From: Felis catus
Lineage: Eukaryota
Assembly: GCF_018350175.1 (NCBI RefSeq)
Contig: NC_058368.1
Location: 225,372,001-225,436,000 of the forward strand
Reading direction: 5' to 3'
DNA: 64,000 nt
Under the pieces are notes generated by a model. That model made no database searches and had not been told where the DNA came from. It saw only the letters and a program-made list of their open reading frames with translations. A program made the position numbers and the translations under genes. Positions within the stretch are counted from its first letter, which is position 1, and each line of letters begins with the position of its first letter. Of the stretch, positions 63,120-64,000 are shown one piece after another.

Positions 63120-63785
63120 CTAGCTATGTGTTGTAACATACTACCTAAAATAAGTGGCTTCAAACCATTTTATTGGTCCCTGGGTCACCATGTGGAGGGC
63201 CATTTATTGACACGAAACTTGCTCCTTGTATGGTTACAAGATCCAGAAATAAAATTCTATTGTGTTTGAGTCATAGATACATGTGCATATGCATATGTAT
63301 ATATGTATATGTTTATGTGTATATGTGTGCATGTATATATATGCATATGTATATATACATGCATATGGATATGTGCGTATGTGTATATATACAATGAGAG
63401 AGAAAGAGAAAGAGAGGAATTTGGGCAAGGTTTGGCTGGGACATTCTTCAGTCCCTTATGGCACTGACCAGGGTCGCTAGCTGGGATTCAGCGGCCACAG
63501 AATTGGACTGGATGGTTTCTCAGATACCTGGGTCTTTTCCACATGACTCCAGCAGCATAGCCGGACTTCCTCCAGGGCGCTCGGGGCCCTAAGAGCAAGT
63601 GTTCCAAGAGCCAGGAAGAGCAAGCTGCCAGTTTCTTAGGGCCTGGGCTTGGAAACTGGCACAGCATCACAGTTTCAATACCTTATTGGCCGGAGCAATC
63701 ACAGAGCCTGCCCGGATTCAAGAGAGGCAACGTCAACCCGCCTCCTGATGGGCGGAAAATCTGCAGCCTTCTTTAATCTGCCACA
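63120..63785 (-). mobile_element. MLT1G/H-like LTR with an internal TA/TG-rich simple repeat (63277-63392)
   Basis: gtggcttcaaaccattttatt...gaatttgggcaagg...ggaaactggcacagcatcac...gattcaagagagg...tttaatctgccaca. Confidence 0.75.
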
Positions 63786-64000
63786 CGCCCCTTAGCGAAG
63801 ATCATGTCTACGTGTACCGTGAAAAACCCTTACTTTCATCGCAATGAACAGATCGCTGGGAATTTCCCCAAATCTGTTTCCCAGGCAAGGGTTTGTGAAT
63901 GAAGGGACTCAACGTATCTTCCAATCAGCCGTGGCCTTGTCCCTTTGAGCTCGTTTCACTGTATGCCATACGTATATTTATTGTTTATAGTCCTTTCCAT

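Noticed and set aside
1..64000. CRISPR arrays, operons or prokaryotic defence systems
   Set aside because: Mammalian DNA; the recurring repeats are dispersed SINEs, not repeat-spacer arrays.

Overview
Mammalian genomic DNA, almost certainly felid: it carries about 39 tRNA-derived carnivore SINEs (Can-SINE/SINEC type), several of a young CpG-intact felid-type subfamily, plus a young 5'-truncated L1. The window is mostly intronic or intergenic, with the usual eutherian fossils (MIR, L2, old L1/HAL1, MLT1 LTRs, ERV1-like solo LTRs, MER3/33/5/58/44 DNA transposons) and microsatellites. I recognise no named protein-coding gene, RNA gene or CRISPR array; nearly all listed ORFs are chance or repeat-derived. 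The main non-repeat signal is a hand-assembled chain of seven minus-strand exons (33486 to about 15575), four of them 10-32 nt microexons. They have canonical splice sites, splice in frame into a 106-aa ORF, and end with a stop followed by AATAAA and a GU-rich element. This is an unverified gene prediction that is invisible to the six-frame ORF track. Repeat family names come from recalled consensus similarity and repeat boundaries are approximate.
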